This document shows, one piece after another, positions 8,506 to 16,190 of a DNA stretch of 48,787 nt. The DNA lies in the NCBI GenBank assembly GCA_030754595.1, contig JASLZZ010000045.1, positions 1 to 48,787 on the forward strand, read 5' to 3'. This DNA comes from Nitrospinota bacterium (GTDB lineage Bacteria > UBA8248). Below the pieces are notes generated by a model. It worked only from the letters and a program-made list of their open reading frames with translations. It was not told the DNA's origin and did no database searches. How positions within the stretch are numbered: the stretch's first letter is position 1; the number at the start of each line of letters is the position of its first letter. A program made the position numbers and the translations under genes.

Positions 8506-9702
8506 ATGAACCAAAGCATCGCCGGAAAAGTCGCCATCATCGGCGTGGGAACGACGAAGTTCGGAGAGCTCTTCGAGCAGACCTATAACGACCTCGTCGT
8601 CGAGTCCACCTTCGAGGCCTACGACGACGCGGGCATCACCGGAGACGACATCGAGGCCGCCTGGCTGGGCTGCTACCTCCCGCTCGGCTGGGGCTACGAC
8701 GGCACCGGCGGACCGGCGCTCGCCGAGGCGCTGAACCTTTACCCCAAGCCCATATCGCGGGTCTCGAACTACTGCACGACCGGGATGGAGGCCGTCCGCA
8801 ACGCGGCGCTGGCGGTGGCGAGCGGGCTCTACGACTGCGTGCTCGCGGTCGGAGCCGAGAAAATGCGCGAGGTGCCCCCGAGGGGGAGCCTCGTCGCCCA
8901 GCACGTCGAAAAACTCCACCCCCTCTTCGGGAAGGGCCGGACCGCGCCGGGGAGTTTCGCCATCCTGGCGACCCGGTATTTCGAGGAGTTCGGCGCGGGC
9001 AAGGAAGACCTCGCCGAGGTGGCGGTGAAGAACCACTATCACGGCAGCCTGAACCCCAAGGCCCATTTCAGAAAAGAAATCACCAAGGAGCAGGTCCTGA
9101 AAGCGCCTCCGGTGACCGAGCCGCTCGGCCTCTACGACTGCTGCCCGACAACGGACGGCGCGGCGGCGGTCGTCCTCTGCCGGGCGGACCTGGCCGAAAA
9201 GCGATTCGGGAAAAAGGATTACGTCCTGATCGACGGGATGGGCCTTTCCTGCGCGAACGGCTACATCAACACCCAGTTCAACCCCCGGTTCGACTTCCTG
9301 GGCTTCGATGCCACCACCGAGGCCTCCCGCCAGGCCTACGTACAGGCGGGCGTCACCAACCCCCTCGAGGAGATCGATGTCGCCGAGGTCCACGACTGCT
9401 TCACGATCACCGAGATCCTCAACTACGAGGATCTGGGCTTCGTGAAAAAGGGCGAGGGGCCCGAATTCGTCAAGAGCGGCGCGAGCAGACTCGGCGGCGC
9501 GCTTCCGGTGAACACCTCGGGCGGGCTCAAGAGTTGCGGCCACCCGATCGGCGCGACCGGGGCGAGGGTCATCGCCAACCTGACCGAACAACTCCTCGGC
9601 CGCTGCGGCGAGCGGCAGGTCCCCGGCGCCCAGCGCGCCCTCGGCCACACCCTCGGCGGGCCTGGCTCGGTCTCGAGCGTGTTCGTGCTCAGCAAGAATT
9701 AA
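8506..9702 (+). CDS. thiolase (SCP2/archaeal-type acetyl-CoA acetyltransferase, PhlC-like)
   Basis: VAIIGVG.TKFG, NYCTTG (nucleophile Cys), KNH..G..NPKAH, EVHDCF, GHPIGATG, HTLGG. Confidence 0.93.
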   Translation: MNQSIAGKVAIIGVGTTKFGELFEQTYNDLVVESTFEAYDDAGITGDDIEAAWLGCYLPLGWGYDGTGGPALAEALNLYPKPISRVSNYCTTGMEAVRNAALAVASGLYDCVLAVGAEKMREVPPRGSLVAQHVEKLHPLFGKGRTAPGSFAILATRYFEEFGAGKEDLAEVAVKNHYHGSLNPKAHFRKEITKEQVLKAPPVTEPLGLYDCCPTTDGAAAVVLCRADLAEKRFGKKDYVLIDGMGLSCANGYINTQFNPRFDFLGFDATTEASRQAYVQAGVTNPLEEIDVAEVHDCFTITEILNYEDLGFVKKGEGPEFVKSGASRLGGALPVNTSGGLKSCGHPIGATGARVIANLTEQLLGRCGERQVPGAQRALGHTLGGPGSVSSVFVLSKN

Positions 9703-9869
9703 AAAATAATCGTGATTCAGTAAGAAGACCACCCCGGCGGGGCGCCCCGTCCGGGCCGGTTGGGCCCTGGGGAGGGACCGGATTCCAAGGCGGCGGGGCC
9801 GCGACCGTCAATTTCACCACGACGCCGGAGCAGCGGCTTCCGCCCCGCTTCCGCGCATGGAGGAACGAC

Positions 9870-10430
9870 ATGGAAGGTCCCATCGACGGCCACGCCACGA
9901 GCAGCGTCCCGGGCGAGCGCACGATCGACCAGCCCGAACTCCCCCGGCAAGGCCTCTACACCGACTCCGAGGTCCACACCGAGGTGGTCGAGGGCTCGGT
10001 GCAGCTCAAGCGCGGTCTGACGGACGATTTCGAGATATTCTGCGACGAGGGCTCCCGCATCGGCGGAGAGGGCAAGTACCCCACCCCGATGACCTACATG
10101 GCGATGGCGACCGGCTTCTGACTGCTCACCCAGGTGGCGCGGTACGCGCACATGATGAAAATCGAGGTGAAGCGGGCGAGCGTGAAGGTCCGGTTCCGGA
10201 AACTGCTCGGGGGCTCCGTGCTCAAGGGAACGGTGTTCAACAAGTGGGACGGAGTGGACACCCATCTTTCGGTGGAGTCCGACGCCCCGCCCGAAAAGCT
10301 GGCCCACCTCATCCGCAACGCCAAGAACGGTTGCTTCGCCGAGGGCCTGATCGTCCAGCCCGTGCCGCTCAACTCCACCGTCGAGGTGAACGGCGCCCCC
10401 TTCCCCTTCGAGGGCGTCACCTCGGATTAA
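9870..10430 (+). CDS. OsmC/Ohr-like selenoprotein (TGA 10119..10121 read as Sec84), 186 aa
   Basis: ORFs 9534..10121 and 10134..10430 are the same frame, separated only by one TGA: ...DEGSRIGGEGKYPTPMTYMAMATGF-U-LLTQVARYA...NAKNGCFAE. U sits at the first OsmC Cys and C155 at the second; GGAGG RBS before ATG 9870. Confidence 0.88.
10119..10151 (+). promoter_or_regulatory. putative bacterial SECIS element of the OsmC-like gene
   Basis: UGA, 12 nt, then GUG(G)CGCG-GUA-CGCGCAC: 7-bp stem, one bulge, small loop starting with G. Confidence 0.65.
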
Positions 10431-10464
10431 GAATCAGGGCCGTTCCGGCAAGAACGAAGGGTTT

Positions 10465-10498
10465 CCCCCATCCCAACCTTCCCCCGGAGGGGGAAGGG
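10465..10498. repeat. REP-like palindrome
   Basis: CCCCCATCCCAA-CCTTCCCCC-GGA-GGGGGAAGG, same architecture as 3941..3975 in the opposite orientation. Confidence 0.55.
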
Positions 10499-10532
10499 TT
10501 TTCCTCATCCCCCTCCCCTTACCCCTCACGAC

Positions 10533-10569
10533 GCCTGTCCTGAGCACGGCCGAAGGGCCCGGAATGACA
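10533..10569 (-). repeat. fragment of a GTCATTCCG / CCCTTCG..GCTCAGGACAGGC-type intergenic repeat
   Basis: - strand TGTCATTCCGGGCCCTTCGGCCGTGCTCAGGACAGGC resembles a REP-like class of intergenic repeats; single copy in this window. Confidence 0.4.
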
Positions 10570-10723
10570 AAAAAAACGGGTCAGCTGGATGAGGCGCCGA
10601 CAAATAAGAAAAATAAGGTCGAAATTTGATAAATAGTGAGCGTTGCCGCATAATTCCAGCGTATACGACGCACGGGCGCGAGATCGTTCGAGCAAAAAAC
10701 TTTCCCGGGATGGGAGTACGCCC

Positions 10724-11605
10724 ATGTCCACGACCTATACCACTTCGATAGAAGCGGCGGCCCGGATCGAGTCCCTGATCAAGGATTTCGTCGAGAACTC
10801 GCCCGAGAATTCCATGCGCAACTCCTCGGGCGACAAGGCATGGGAGACTCCCTTGGTGGGATTCTCCAGCGGGGCCGACCCCCTGTACGAGGAGTACAAG
10901 GACCACGTCGGGCCCTTTCACTACACACCCGGGGAGATATTCAACCTCACCTTCCCGGAAGAGCCGGCCGCCGCCGAGGACCTCACGGTCATCTCCTGGG
11001 TCCTCCCCCATCTGAGGGCGACCAAGCTGGACAACAGGCGGGAGAGAATCTACCCCTCGGAGCGCTGGGCGAGGGCGCGCATCATGGGCGAGGAGTTCAT
11101 CGTCCTCTTGAGGAAGCACGTGGTGGCGGAGCTGGGCCGGGCGGGAATCCAGGCAGTCTCCCCCCCGCTCTCTCCTCACTGGTCGAGGGAGGAGTCGCCG
11201 AAGTACGGCTTCGCCTCGCGCTGGTCGGAGCGCCACGCCGCCTACGCCTCGGGCCTGGGCACTTTCGGCCTGTGCGACGGCTTGATCACCCCGGTGGGCA
11301 AGGCCCACCGCCTCGGCTCGGTGGTCGCCAGGGTCGGCGTTCCGCCCACCCCGCGGCCCTACGGCCACCACCGCGCCTACTGCCTCCACTTCAACGGCTT
11401 CGATTGCTTGTCGTGCGCGAAGCGCTGTCCGGTGGACGCGGTGAACGCGGAGGGACACGATAAGTTGCTTTGTCAGCCCCACGTCAGGGAAACCTGCGGC
11501 GCCCACGTGAAAGAGGCCTACGGCTTCGAGGGCTACGGCTGCGGGCTTTGCCAGACCGGCACTCCCTGCGAAAGCGGAATCCCCAAGAGCCTCAAAGGCC
11601 GATAG
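10724..11605 (+). CDS. epoxyqueuosine reductase (QueG)/reductive dehalogenase-like 2x[4Fe-4S] protein
   Basis: WSERHAAYASGLGTFG, RLGSVV, CLSCAKRCPVDA and C..CGLCQTGTPC cluster motifs; GGGAG RBS before ATG 10724. Confidence 0.8.
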   Translation: MSTTYTTSIEAAARIESLIKDFVENSPENSMRNSSGDKAWETPLVGFSSGADPLYEEYKDHVGPFHYTPGEIFNLTFPEEPAAAEDLTVISWVLPHLRATKLDNRRERIYPSERWARARIMGEEFIVLLRKHVVAELGRAGIQAVSPPLSPHWSREESPKYGFASRWSERHAAYASGLGTFGLCDGLITPVGKAHRLGSVVARVGVPPTPRPYGHHRAYCLHFNGFDCLSCAKRCPVDAVNAEGHDKLLCQPHVRETCGAHVKEAYGFEGYGCGLCQTGTPCESGIPKSLKGR

Positions 11606-11807
11606 CGGCCCGGAGCGCGAGAGCCGACATCAAGGCGGCATTCGCGGACGGCGAGCGCATCGCCACCCTGACTCTCGGATCGATCCGCCGCCGTTTATGA
11701 GCGCTTACGGCTCATGGCGATTCCCCCTCAAGCCACCGTTTCGCGCTTTCGCGGCCGGCTAACGCTCTCTCCTCGCAGTGGCCGAGGCAATTTCAACTAT
11801 AGCGATC

Positions 11808-12779
11808 TCATCGATAACGGATACGCGGGTCGAGCCAGGCGTAAACCAGATCGACCACGAAATTGACGCATACGAACACCATCACCACGACCATCACCAG
11901 CGCCTGCACCATGTTGTAGTCCTCGTTTAGCACGGAATCGACCATCAACCGGCCAAGGCCGTTTAGATTGAACACCTGCTCGGTAACGACCAGCCCCCCC
12001 ATGAGAAAGGAGAGTTCCATGCCAATGACGGTGACTACCGGCAAGAACGCGTTCCTGAGCGCGTGACGGTTGATGATGATCTTCCGCAACATCCCCTTCG
12101 CCCGTGCCGTGCGGATATAGTCCTCACGCATCACCTCTAGAAATGCCGAGCGAGTCATCCTCGTCAACACCGACGAATACCGATACCCCGCGACGACCGC
12201 TGGGCAAATCAGTTGGGACAAGTTGGCTGCCGGGTCCTCAAAGGGCGACACATACTCGATCGGGGGCATCCATGGTTCCCCGAACCATGCCTGAGAAAAG
12301 ATCAAAATCCCCAGGATAATGAGAATGCCAAGCCAGAAAGACGGCATGGCGACGCCGGCGTTGGTGAAGGTGCGGACCACGTAATCGACCCAGGTATCCT
12401 GTTTAACGGCCGAGATGGTGCCCAGCGGAATAGCAATCAAGATGGATGTGGTGGTGGCCATGAGCGCCAACTGAAGCGAAAGGGGGAAACGCACCCTTAG
12501 TTCCTCGGTGATTGGCTGCCACGTCCACATGGAAATACCGAAATCGAAGGTCAAAATACCTGTCATGAAATCAATGAATTGGATATGCAAGGGGTCATTC
12601 AGGCCGAACTCATTCCGGCATATATCAATCACTTCCTGAACATAGTGCATTCCATAGTCCACCCACCGGACCAGGCAAATGTCTCCGGGGATAACGCGCA
12701 TCACAAAAAAGACGACTGCCCCGGCACCCACCACGGTCGGGACCATCAGAAAAATCCGCTTGAGAATGTACTGATACAA
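11808..12779 (-). CDS. peptide/nickel ABC transporter permease (DppB/OppB family), orphan
   Basis: YILKR..., DFGIS, RMTRSAFLEVMREDYIRTARAKG (EAA loop), HALRNA; probable TTG start at 12779 after GGAG. Confidence 0.92.
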   Translation of the reverse strand: MYQYILKRIFLMVPTVVGAGAVVFFVMRVIPGDICLVRWVDYGMHYVQEVIDICRNEFGLNDPLHIQFIDFMTGILTFDFGISMWTWQPITEELRVRFPLSLQLALMATTTSILIAIPLGTISAVKQDTWVDYVVRTFTNAGVAMPSFWLGILIILGILIFSQAWFGEPWMPPIEYVSPFEDPAANLSQLICPAVVAGYRYSSVLTRMTRSAFLEVMREDYIRTARAKGMLRKIIINRHALRNAFLPVVTVIGMELSFLMGGLVVTEQVFNLNGLGRLMVDSVLNEDYNMVQALVMVVVMVFVCVNFVVDLVYAWLDPRIRYR

Positions 12780-12967
12780 GGATGAACTCCATGCCTGGGA
12801 CCTGCCCTTCACCCCGGCGGGCTGACGCGCTTACGGCGTAAATGCCGAAAATTTTTCAGAAAATCTATTTTAAGGACTCTCGGCCACTTATTACACTCCT
12901 TCCTAGGACAGTCCTGGATCAATAATCGGAGGGTGTCTCCTTATTTCCGGGCACTAGCGCGCAGGAG

Positions 12968-13319
12968 ATGCGGCCTTCTCGCTATTCACTCGAAGTCACC
13001 ACGACTCTCGGAGCGGTCCGCCGCCTCCTCCAGGCGATCATCACTCATGAATGAATTTTCCTCCCGGCTGTTGTTTGCCGTCTATTTTATACCGGAATGA
13101 TGCGCCAGCGCCCTTCGTTTAAAAAAATTCCGGCCTATTTACCCCTCGGGCGGGCGCTCCCTGGGCAGCAAAATCCTTCGTTCCTATCGGAACGACCCTC
13201 TCCCGGGGGGAGAGGGCTTTTTCAAGGGCTGGCGGGTTTTCGAGGAAAAAACGAATCGTCTGCGCATGACACCGAATGAGGAGCGAGGTGACTTCGAGTG
13301 AATATCGAGAAAGCCGCAT
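12968..13319. repeat. 33-bp inverted repeat pair (12968..13000 / 13287..13319)
   Basis: ATGCGGC(C/T)TTCTCG(C/A)TATTCACTCGAAGTCACC, 31/33 identical in inverted orientation. Confidence 0.8.
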
Positions 13320-13374
13320 TTCCAGGCATTTGCGGGCGGCGGGTTATTGCGGAAAAAACGAATCACCTGCGCAT
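13231..13374. repeat. 37-bp imperfect direct repeat pair (13231..13267 / 13338..13374)
   Basis: GGCGGGTT-n5-GGAAAAAACGAATC-n2-CTGCGCAT, 32/37 identical. Confidence 0.8.
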
Positions 13375-13454
13375 CAGGGCGCATTTAGCGGCATTTGCGG
13401 TTTGGATCGGGGGGGGAACCCGGGAAATGATCGGGTTGTCCGGGGATAGACCCG

Positions 13455-14435
13455 CTAGACGCTAGACCTCGCCTTTTGGAGGAGCCCCACGCTCTCGAGG
13501 TCGGCCTTGAGGGCCTCGCGCTCGGCGTCCGAGATCGGTATCACCGGGGGCCGTACGGGACCGCCCGCCATTCCGATGAGTTCCATCCAGGTCTTCATCG
13601 CGCTCTGGGACATGTTTCCCTTGCGCCAGGGCTCCATGATCCATTTGGCGTTGGCCATACGGATCGGGGTGAGACCGGCCGAGACCTCGGCCGCGCGGGC
13701 GACATCTCCGACGAGGACGAGATCGGTGTATTCCTTAATCGGGAGCCAGCCGGGCACCTGGTACATGTGAGGGGTGTAGGTGAGTAGCCAGCGGTGGCCG
13801 AGCTGGGTCATGTTGTGGAACCAGACGTTTTCGTCGGCGACGCTGATTTGGATGATGTCGCCTACCTCTTCCTGAAGCCGGAGGGTGGTGTAGGGGTTGT
13901 GGTCGGCCTGCTTCATCGCGCAGACATTGGGAATCTTGACTAGCTCGCCGGCAAGTTCGGGGCTGATCGGATAGGTCGCGCCCGGGGAGTTGAACAGGAC
14001 GAGACCGATATTGACCCGCTCTGAGATGTAGCGGAAAAACGCGAGTACGGATCGGTCGTTGTTCGAGGCGATATAAGGAGTGAGGAGGATGGCGAAGTCG
14101 CAGCCAATGTCCTGGGCGTGGCGGGTGAGGGCAAGGGCCTCCTTGGCCGACTGGTGGTGGGTGCCGGCCATGAGGGGGATGCGGCCCGCCGTAGCCTCGA
14201 GCATGACCTCCTGGGCGCGTTTTCGCTCCTCGAGGGGCATGGACCAGAACTCGGCGACGTTGCCGTCGCTGTAGTGGCCGTCCACCTGGAGATAGTCGAT
14301 GACGATATCGACGTTGCGGCGGATGGCCGGTTCGTCGAGGGTGTCATTCTCGGTGAAGTGATAGGGAAGCGAGGTCCAGATTCCCCGGAGGGCTTCCTTT
14401 GCGTACTCCCTGGCCTCGCCCTTGGCGTACTTCAT
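13455..14435 (-). CDS. DapA-family (DHDPS-like) aldolase/hydratase-aldolase, non-canonical
   Basis: TIM-barrel DapA pattern: GNVAEFW, IPLMAG, AMKQ (Schiff-base Lys), GGPVRPP; start ATG 14435 after GGGAG. Confidence 0.85.
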   Translation of the reverse strand: MKYAKGEAREYAKEALRGIWTSLPYHFTENDTLDEPAIRRNVDIVIDYLQVDGHYSDGNVAEFWSMPLEERKRAQEVMLEATAGRIPLMAGTHHQSAKEALALTRHAQDIGCDFAILLTPYIASNNDRSVLAFFRYISERVNIGLVLFNSPGATYPISPELAGELVKIPNVCAMKQADHNPYTTLRLQEEVGDIIQISVADENVWFHNMTQLGHRWLLTYTPHMYQVPGWLPIKEYTDLVLVGDVARAAEVSAGLTPIRMANAKWIMEPWRKGNMSQSAMKTWMELIGMAGGPVRPPVIPISDAEREALKADLESVGLLQKARSSV

Positions 14436-14914
14436 CCGGCTGATCTCCCTTGAAGTGAAACGGCTCCTCCACCGACAGGTTACCAGCATGGCCCCTCGGG
14501 CTCCACACCCTCAGGTTCCACACTCTCGCTCCGGGTGAGAGGACCAACTAGGACCGGGGGACCACCGTCCCTGAGGCCGGGGGAACAACTCCCCTAGGGC
14601 ACGGAACCTTAAGGCACGGGAATGAGCCCCTCACCCGGGAGTGAGCCTCTCACTTGGGGGGGCGTCAATTTCCCATCAAGAGGGACGATAATTCCGGTTA
14701 AACCGGGTCTTTATAGGCGGAAAACCCCTGAAATACTGCTGATCGGAGGGGGAGAATCGCGGGCATAAAGATTGCGACATCTATGGGCGGGATCGTCCGA
14801 CTCCGGGGGAGATTCGGGCCATGCCGGAGCGCTCCACCGCTGGAAACGGGTTTTACCCCGAAACTGGTGGCATCCGCACCCGCCGCAACGGTCGTCAACG
14901 GAGATATTAGCGTA

Positions 14915-15445
14915 ATGGTATCAGATCGCTCTAATAACTGGCTCAAGCTCGTCGACGAGGAGAGCGGCCTCTACAACCGCCTCTACCTGATTCACTACCT
15001 CACCGAGTCGTTCGCCCGCGCCCGCCGGTACAACGCGCCGACTTCGTGCCTTGTGATTCAAGCGAAACCATTGCACTTGAGCGAGGAGGACCCCAGAAGC
15101 GAGGTGCTCTCCCCTTCGGCGGTTAGGGCGCTAGGGGGATTTCTTTCCTCAAATATTCGCACCGGGGACATAATCGAACGCTGGGCGGCGGATGAGTTTC
15201 TCCTCGTAGCCTCAAACACGCCACCCGAAGGCTTGCACACGCTCTCCGAAATCATCTCGGACAAGGCAAGGACTACTCCCAGCAACGAGCCGACGGACCT
15301 CGCCGTCTCGGTCCATGCCGGAGTCGCAGGTCTCCACGATGATGAAAAAATAATTCGTCACGCCGAGTCAATGCCGCTCCTGGCCCGGGAGAGATTGACT
15401 CCCGTTTTCCGAACAGGACAATGCAAAAGACGGAGCCTTCTTTAG
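14915..15445 (+). CDS. stand-alone degenerate GGDEF-domain protein
   Basis: DEESGLYNR.YL, RARRY, IRTGDII.RWAADEFL; GGDEF is replaced by AADEF. Confidence 0.75.
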   Translation: MVSDRSNNWLKLVDEESGLYNRLYLIHYLTESFARARRYNAPTSCLVIQAKPLHLSEEDPRSEVLSPSAVRALGGFLSSNIRTGDIIERWAADEFLLVASNTPPEGLHTLSEIISDKARTTPSNEPTDLAVSVHAGVAGLHDDEKIIRHAESMPLLARERLTPVFRTGQCKRRSLL

Positions 15446-15449
15446 AGAA

Positions 15450-16187
15450 CTACAAATCGATCCCTGGCAGCTCTCCCACATAAAGCTGCACAATCCCACC
15501 CGTCAGAGGACGGTTTCGCACGTTGGCAAAACCCGCCTCCTGAAACATGCCGCGCATAACGGCAGGAGAGAGAAACGAAGAGACCGTGGAGGGAAGGTAG
15601 TTATAGGCGGTGGAATGGCCCGAAACCAGACGCCCCGCAACCGGCAAAATCCATCGGAAATAGAAGTGATATATCCAGCCAAATAAGCCCCCTGGCGATC
15701 CGAATTCGAGGACAACGAGCCTTCCCCCCGGTCGTAGGACCCGAACCACCTCACGCAAGCCTGCTAGCCGGTCCTCCAGATTTCGAATTCCAAAGGCAAT
15801 GACCGTCCCATCGAAAGTACCCTCGCAAAATGGGAGCGAAAGCGCGTCGGCTTGCAAAAAATCAACACCCAAACCACGCCGGTCCGCCTTCCTCCGGCCA
15901 AGAACAAGCATAGGGAACGCGAGGTCGACCCCTACTATTCGCAGGTCCGTGGAGCCAAGCAAGCGGCGGCGCACAGCGAGAACGACATCGCCGGTTCCAG
16001 TAGCGAGGTCTAGAAGTCGCGCGGGCTGACCAAAGGAAAACCTATCCAGAAGGGAACGGATGGCCATTTTCCTCCAGAAGCGGTCAATTCCAAAACTGAG
16101 GAGTTGGTTTAACAAGTCGTAGGTGGGTGCGATTTTCGAGAACATCTCCCGCACATCATCGCGTTCGATTTTGACGGACACAGCCAT
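15450..16187 (-). CDS. menG: demethylmenaquinone methyltransferase UbiE/MenG
   Basis: MFSKIAPTYDLLN..LSFGID..WR, LDLATGTGD, AFGIRN, RVLRPGG, AY.YLP. Confidence 0.92.
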   Translation of the reverse strand: MAVSVKIERDDVREMFSKIAPTYDLLNQLLSFGIDRFWRKMAIRSLLDRFSFGQPARLLDLATGTGDVVLAVRRRLLGSTDLRIVGVDLAFPMLVLGRRKADRRGLGVDFLQADALSLPFCEGTFDGTVIAFGIRNLEDRLAGLREVVRVLRPGGRLVVLEFGSPGGLFGWIYHFYFRWILPVAGRLVSGHSTAYNYLPSTVSSFLSPAVMRGMFQEAGFANVRNRPLTGGIVQLYVGELPGIDL

Positions 16188-16190
16188 CCC

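Noticed and set aside
6514..10430. Genome-wide reassignment of TGA (genetic code 4 or 25) as the explanation for the in-frame TGAs
   Set aside because: TGA is the normal stop for many genes here (e.g. 1639, 2565, 6514, 8460, 36572), Trp uses TGG, and both internal TGAs fall on catalytic-Cys positions with a 3' hairpin.
10134..10430. Separate 98-aa gene, with 9534..10121 as another gene or a pseudogene pair
   Set aside because: Same frame, no clear RBS for 10134, and together they make one complete OsmC-like domain; the 9534 start overlaps the thiolase.
13231..13374. Mini CRISPR array (37-bp repeats)
   Set aside because: Only two imperfect copies, a 70-bp spacer that is itself part of an inverted repeat, and no cas genes.
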